Shown piece by piece: positions 23,820-29,306 of a stretch of DNA of 29,306 nucleotides. The DNA comes from Octopus sinensis (Eukaryota), in contig NW_021823613.1 in the NCBI RefSeq assembly GCF_006345805.1, forward strand, positions 1-29,306. The letters run 5' to 3'. Within the stretch, counting starts at the first letter, position 1. Each line of letters begins with the position of its first letter. The notes under the pieces were generated by a model. It was not told the DNA's origin. It made no database searches and saw only the letters and a list, made by a program, of their open reading frames with translations. A program made the translations under genes and the position numbers.

Positions 23820-24795
23820 GAAAGGTCAAAGTTTCAGATCAAAAGATCAAAGAAAAGATCTTGCATGACTTTCTATTTGCTGATGACTGCACTTCGATTT
23901 CTCGCACCTTTGAGGGAATTCAGGAAACGGTCGATAGGTCTGCTGCACCAGCTCATGCATTTGGACTGACTATCATTATCAAGAAGATTGAAGTTTTATT
24001 CCAACCAAGGCCTGGGGCGAGGCATACTCAAGACTCAAACGTGATTATAAACAACAATTCACTCAGATGGGTCAGGTCATTTAAATGTTAGAAGCACAGT
24101 AAACTTTAAGAGTACTCTTGACGAAATCAGTGTAAGAATAGCTGAGGCTACAAGTTCTTTTGGAAGACTAACCCATCGTTTGTAAGATGAACACGATGTC
24201 AGTCTGAAAACGAAAATAAGTGTATACAAATCTTGTATTTTGAACACGCTTTTGTATGGGGGAGAAGCATGGTCTCGCTACATATAAAGAAACTTGAAAC
24301 CTTCCACATGCCCTGTTTGCACAACATATGCAACATAAAGTGACAAGATAGGATATCCAATGCCTAAATCTTATTAAAATGTGATATTTCCAGTATCCAA
24401 ACCATGATGATGAGAATTCAGTGTAGATGGGTCGGACATGTTTGAATGAAAAATGATTCCATTCCGAAAATTCTTCTGCATAGCGAACAAGTGGAGGGAT
24501 ATGACGGCAAAGGAAGACTTCTCTTTAGGTATAAGGATAAATTGAAGCAATTATTAAAATCTCAACAGCTTGACCTGACATCTTGGGAAAGTCATTGCCT
24601 AGATCGATCTGCATGGTGTCACGATGCATCAAAACAATTTGAATTGAAGAAAAGGAACTATAGAAGAACTATCTCCCACAATCAACACTAGCCCAATCCT
24701 AGGCAAAATCAAAATCATCAATGCCCCCATTGCAACTTCATAGCAAAATCCATGCCTGGACTTAAATTACATTCACGTATTCATCGCAAAAAGAT
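23820..24795 (+). mobile_element. RTE-clade LINE, 5'-truncated, decayed RT C-terminal half
   Basis: LHDFLFADDC; FGLTI..KKIEVLFQP; RIAEATSSFGRL; SLKTKISVYKSCILNTLLYGGEAW; RWVGHV; RYKDKLK; terminal C2H2-like CPHCNFIAKSMPGLKLHSRIH; multiple stops and frameshifts. Confidence 0.92.
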
Positions 24796-25007
24796 GCAGT
24801 TTCTTAGTTTGTTTTATTTATGTCCTCTCTTTCAAACGTTCATACGTCGAAACCGACGGGAGCGACCATTGTTATTGTCAAGGACGAATACAGCAAATAA
24901 TTCAATCGTGTTTCATCGCTTTACAGCCCTGACTCCTCCTCAGAGAAGAACAACACTTCAGTAAGTTGTCAAATTATTTCCGAACACATCGCAAACCAGC
25001 GCGCGCG

Positions 25008-25030
25008 ATTGTGTGTGTGTGTGTGTGTGT

Positions 25031-25066
<36 letters not shown>

Positions 25067-25118
25067 TGTGTGTCTGTGTGTGTGTGTGTGTCTGTGTGTG
25101 TGTGTCTGTGTGTCTGTG
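25008..25118. repeat. (TG)n/(TGTGTC)n microsatellite
   Basis: Directly visible. Confidence 0.95.
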
Positions 25119-25486
25119 TTTATATTTGTTTTTATATTCTGTTCTTCCGGCTTCATCTCTCATTTCAGATTACATCTGCGCTGTGTTAACTTGGGATTTC
25201 CAAACAACAATGTAACCTCCATGTAATTAAGGTATCCTCGGCCTGGTGAGTCGCTAGCTAAATACCCCTCATTCAGTAAATATTACTTCAGAGGAGCTGC
25301 TAACTAGGAAACATACATAGGCTGCATTTTACGTGTTCTACTCCCAGAATTTGGATTCTTATTCGCATTCTAATTGCTAACCGTGAGCTATCGAATTATC
25401 TCATAATTGCTAACCATCAACTTATAGAATTACCTCATAATTTCGATATGGGGAAAAAGGGTGTAACCTTAGACGCCAATAAATTA

Positions 25487-27150
25487 CACTGGTCAACAAG
25501 TATTTTTCATCAAGCATAAGTCAAGGTGTACATGGTGTAGTTTTTAATGTTGATTTCAAATATACAATTGGTTTTTTGACATCACGTACAGTTTTCAAGA
25601 TGAGAAAGGGTTTTGGTTTTAGCTCATGCATTATACAGAAATTCCAATTAATGAGATATATGCATTATTTCATTTACTTCACGGAAACATACCATGAAAA
25701 TAAGTTACATTATTCATTGTTGCATAGTTCAGATGCAATATTTCATCCTCTTAAATTAACCAATCAAGTTTTGTCTGATGAAATAGGTATTTCAACATCT
25801 TAAACTGTCCAGTCGTAATTGGTCTGATGAGATATTTCATCATCTCAAATTCAATATAATTATAACCGTTTGTATCTAATTCCTTACTTGTTTTACAGTG
25901 TTAATAAGGTCAAGACAGTCTAGAAATCGTCCTTATGTGTTTTGTTATGTCTGTGGAGAATTTATTGTGAAAGCTCAAAAACGCACAATAACACATGAGA
26001 TGAAGAAGATTTATAAGCTATACTTTGACTGTTCTCTTGGAGATCAGGACAAGTTATGGGTACCACAGTTTATCTGCTCAGCTTGTTCAGATGGCTTACG
26101 TAACTGGTTCAATAAGAATGAGAAGTTCATGCCTTTTGCCATTCCAATGATATGGAGGGAGACGAAAGTCCATTTCAATGACTTATTTTTACAAAGTAAA
26201 TGTCATAGGATTTTCTATGAAGAATTAACACAAAATTGTGTATCCCAATTTGGATTCTGGAATAAGACCTGTGCCTCACAATGGAAGTCTGCCAATTCCA
26301 GTTCCACCTTGTATTGGAACATCATATTATGATGCTGACTGTCACGCTAGTCCTGCTGGGGAAGATTAGGTGGTTGCTGACGATAGTTTTGAACCTCAGA
26401 AATTTTCCCAAGCTGAACTGAATGACCTTGTCAAAGACCTATCCCTCTCAAAAGATAAAGTAGAACTGTTGGCATCAAGAAGAAGAAGTATCTGCTGGAG
26501 CACGGTGTTCGTATATTTTATTTTTGACAGATAAATGTGGTTCTACAAGCGTGTCTTTCTGTTGACGGCCCGCTTTGTTTTTGCAATAACATCGATGGGC
26601 TTTTCGAATGATCCCAAAACTATGATCCTGCAGAGTGACGTTTGTTTATTGACTTTTCAAGTGAAGTTTAAAAGCTATACTTCTCCGTTATGGCAATTTG
26701 AAGCCCTTCATTCCTATTGCAAACTCCGTTCATCTTCATGGATTATGTGAGAATATGGAACTTTCACTTCATGCCATTGCGTGTGAAAGATACTCATCGA
26801 AAATAAATGGAGATTTAAAAGTCATCAGAATGTTAATGAGAATGCAGTCAGGTTTCACAAATACTGTTGTTTCTATTGGATAGTCGAGCAACTGCCAGGG
26901 CTGACAAGCGTTAAGAATACACCTCTTGTAGATCTATGTAATCTCCTATTGCCTCCTTTGCACATAAAGCTTGGACTGATGAAACAGTTTGTAAAGACAC
27001 TAGGGAAGAGAAATGCCAGAGGATTTGAGTATATTGTAGAAATGTTTCCCAAAATCACACAGGCGAAGTTAAAGAGGTATCTTTGCCGGACCCCAAATGA
27101 GAGAAGAACTCAAAGGTGCCAACTTCAAGACAATACTGGATGAACTAGAA
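25487..27150 (+). mobile_element. Chapaev3-type (CMC) DNA transposon remnant with decayed transposase
   Basis: 5' end TTA|CACTGG (TWA target plus CAC terminus). Fragments FCYVCGE..GDQDKLWVPQFICSAC..LRNW..PFAIPMIWRE..H, YPNLDSGIRPVPH, FSQAELNDLVKDLSLSKDKVELLASR, RLFID, IPIANSVHL..ENM..GDLKVI, LPPLHIKLGLMKQFVK. No 3' TIR found. Confidence 0.8.
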
Positions 27151-27219
27151 ACCTTACTCAGAGTTCCACATGACAGTTCGTCAGACAGTAATAATAATAC
27201 AGATTAATGAGTATTTGTA

Positions 27220-27600
27220 TATCTATCTTTTCTCTTTTAAAAATAAATGTTTCTCCCAGCGTTCACTATTTTCCTCTCGTTCTGGTCTAACGACTCTCCA
27301 TTTTTGTTTTCGTTCGATTTCCTTGTATGTCTCCACTGTCATGGTTTTGTTCTCGACTTTGACCCTCCACGAATTCTAAATTTTATTTTAGAATTCATGG
27401 GAGCAACTCTCTTTGAAGACTCATATTATCGTTGAATGCACAAAATAAGAAGTAGATAGACAGCCGACAACTGATGAAGGGTCCTTTCTCTGTGTTTGCT
27501 TGTCCTGTTTTCCATTTTTTTCTCGTTGTTTACGTATTTCATGTTATTTGCACTGTTGGTGACATCCTGTACCCGTATATGCCTGTATATATATATGCAT
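27220..27600 (+). repeat. Unclassified repeat, same family as 13781-14075
   Basis: ctgatgaagg at 27471 and a T-rich 3' part homologous to 13917-14060. Confidence 0.5.
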
Positions 27601-27649
27601 GGCCGCAGTCAAATGACTGAAACAAGTAAAAGAGTAAAAAAGAGTAAGA

Positions 27650-27650
<1 letters not shown>
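27597..27650 (+). mobile_element. 3' tail fragment of SINE family D
   Basis: gcatggccgcagtcaaatgactgaaacaagtaaaagagt. Confidence 0.85.
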
Positions 27651-27698
<48 letters not shown>

Positions 27699-27822
27699 TA
27701 TATATATCATTATATATAATATATATATATATGTATGTATTATGTTGTATGTATGTATGTATGTATATATATATATATATATATTGTATATATATTATAT
27801 ATATATATATAGATATATATAC

Positions 27823-27855
<33 letters not shown>

Positions 27856-27971
27856 ATATGTATATATATATATATGTATAATATATATATATTATATATG
27901 TATATATATATATAGATATATATACATATATAATATATGTATATATATATATATGTTATATATATATATAT

Positions 27972-28005
<34 letters not shown>

Positions 28006-28045
28006 GTATGTATGTATGTATGTATATATATATATATATATACAT
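27651..28045. repeat. (TA)n-rich microsatellite
   Basis: Directly visible. Confidence 0.97.
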
Positions 28046-28047
28046 AC

Positions 28048-28377
28048 ACTCTTTTACACTTCTACTCTTTTACTTGTTTCAGTCATTTGACTGTGGCCAT
28101 GCTGTAGCACTTTAGTCAAGCAAATCGACCCCAGGACTTATTCTTTGTAAACCTAGTACTTATTCTATCGGTCTCTTTTGCCGAACCGCTAAGTTACGGG
28201 GACGTAAACACACTAGCATCGGTTGTCAACCGATGTTGGTGGGACAAACACAGACACACAAACACACACACACATATACATATATACGACAGGCTTCTTT
28301 CAGTTTCCGTCTACCAAATCCACTTACAATGCTTTGGTCGGCCCGAGGATATAGTAGAAGACACTTGCCCAAGGTGT
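28048..28377 (-). mobile_element. SINE family D lacking the tRNA head
   Basis: Homologous to 12762-13085, breaks at cttgcccaaggtg. Confidence 0.9.
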
Positions 28378-28533
28378 ACTATATGTGTCTGGGGGTGTTA
28401 GAAACATCTACATTGCTAGAAATAAGAGCTAAAATGCTCTAATGTTTTAGTCAAAGCACATGAATATGAACATATACACTAACAGAGACCTTAATCGTCC
28501 GTAAAATATCAATCGAGAATTCTCAATACTGAC

Positions 28534-28659
28534 GTTAGTTTCAGGAATTTCTTTTGCCTCGTCAGTCAAGACTTCCTCGAATTTCGGCTCTTTTCGGACT
28601 TGCTTCTCTATTAGCATAATGTTTTCGTCATCCAAGTTAATGGATGATTTAGCGATTCG
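28534..28659 (-). CDS. Candidate coding exon, RIAKSSINLDDENIMLIEKQVRKEPKFEEVLTDEAKEIPETN, phase 0-0
   Basis: Acceptor ttttatgtatacacattag|, donor AAC|GTCAGT, 126 nt open, protein-like composition, in frame with 28868-28942. Confidence 0.5.
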
Positions 28660-28867
28660 CTAATGTGTATACATAAAATTGATATAAACAACAGTTTGCA
28701 ATGTTTCACCAAAAAGGAGAATTATAATTGTCACTAACTGTGACTAGGGTGTTTCTAACCTACATTGCTAGTAACATCTACATTGCTAGAAATAAGTGCT
28801 AAAATGCTTTAATGTTGTAGTCAATTGTAATACTCCTTTTTGCTGTGGACAATTTTGTTGTACTTAC

Positions 28868-28942
28868 TAGAAATAGAGGATTGATCTCCCGGAAACTATA
28901 CTCAAAAATCTTTTTAAGAGGGACACATAGAACAACGTAGTC
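28868..28942 (-). CDS. Candidate coding exon, DYVVLCVPLKKIFEYSFREINPLFL, phase 0-0
   Basis: Acceptor ttttatgaattgtgtgcttag|, donor CTA|GTAAGT, 75 nt open; a 208-bp intron joins it in frame to 28534-28659. Confidence 0.5.
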
Positions 28943-29077
28943 CTAAGCACACAATTCATAAAACAATTTAAAAGATGGGGTTGTCATGGCCGGAATAACT
29001 GATCATATTTCTGTTCAATCAAAGTCGATTTATGGCAAAACAACAATAGTTTATAACAATTTAAATCTCCAAAAGTG

Positions 29078-29170
29078 CGATGGATTGGTAGAATCGTTAG
29101 AGCGTCGAACAAAATGTCAACATGTATTTGTTCCGACTCTTTCCATTCTGGTTTCAGATCAGCTCAAATC
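29078..29170 (+). mobile_element. Decayed family A-related SINE head
   Basis: gatggattggtagaatcgttagagcgtcgaacaaaatg resembles ggcgagctggcagaa.cgttagc.cgccgggcgaaatg. Confidence 0.5.
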
Positions 29171-29306
29171 TACCACGAGTTCACCCTTCCAGGCTGAATA
29201 GAATAACCAGTCTAGTAAAATGCTGCGTCGAGTCCTAAGATGCATAACGCTGGTTATTTAGTTTCCATAAAGTAAAAGTGGCCGGGATCATAACAGTAGA
29301 AACACA

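Noticed and set aside
25370-25443. Short tandem duplications (about 34 bp here; also 14400-14442 and 21889-21922)
   Set aside because: Ordinary slippage products with no further structure.

Overview
This 29.3 kb window is AT-rich eukaryotic DNA dense in microsatellites and transposons. The tRNA-derived SINE families and (TA)n/(TG)n/(GATA)n density point to an octopus (coleoid cephalopod) genome; this is inferred, not verified by search. No intact long gene is present, and nearly all supplied ORFs are translations of simple repeats. Recognisable content: four tRNA-head SINE families (labelled A-D here, several copies with target-site duplications), a Merlin transposase fossil, two Merlin-type MITEs, a Chapaev3-type transposon remnant, an RTE LINE 3' fragment, Tc1/mariner and hAT-like MITEs, a 445-bp fold-back palindrome, and several phase-compatible exon-like blocks on the minus strand. 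Most notable: SINE heads and tails are combinatorially shuffled, a four-unit SINE array sits inside one 18-bp TSD, the palindrome is centred on a half-hammerhead motif, and there is an unidentified coding-like fossil with an inverted partial copy.
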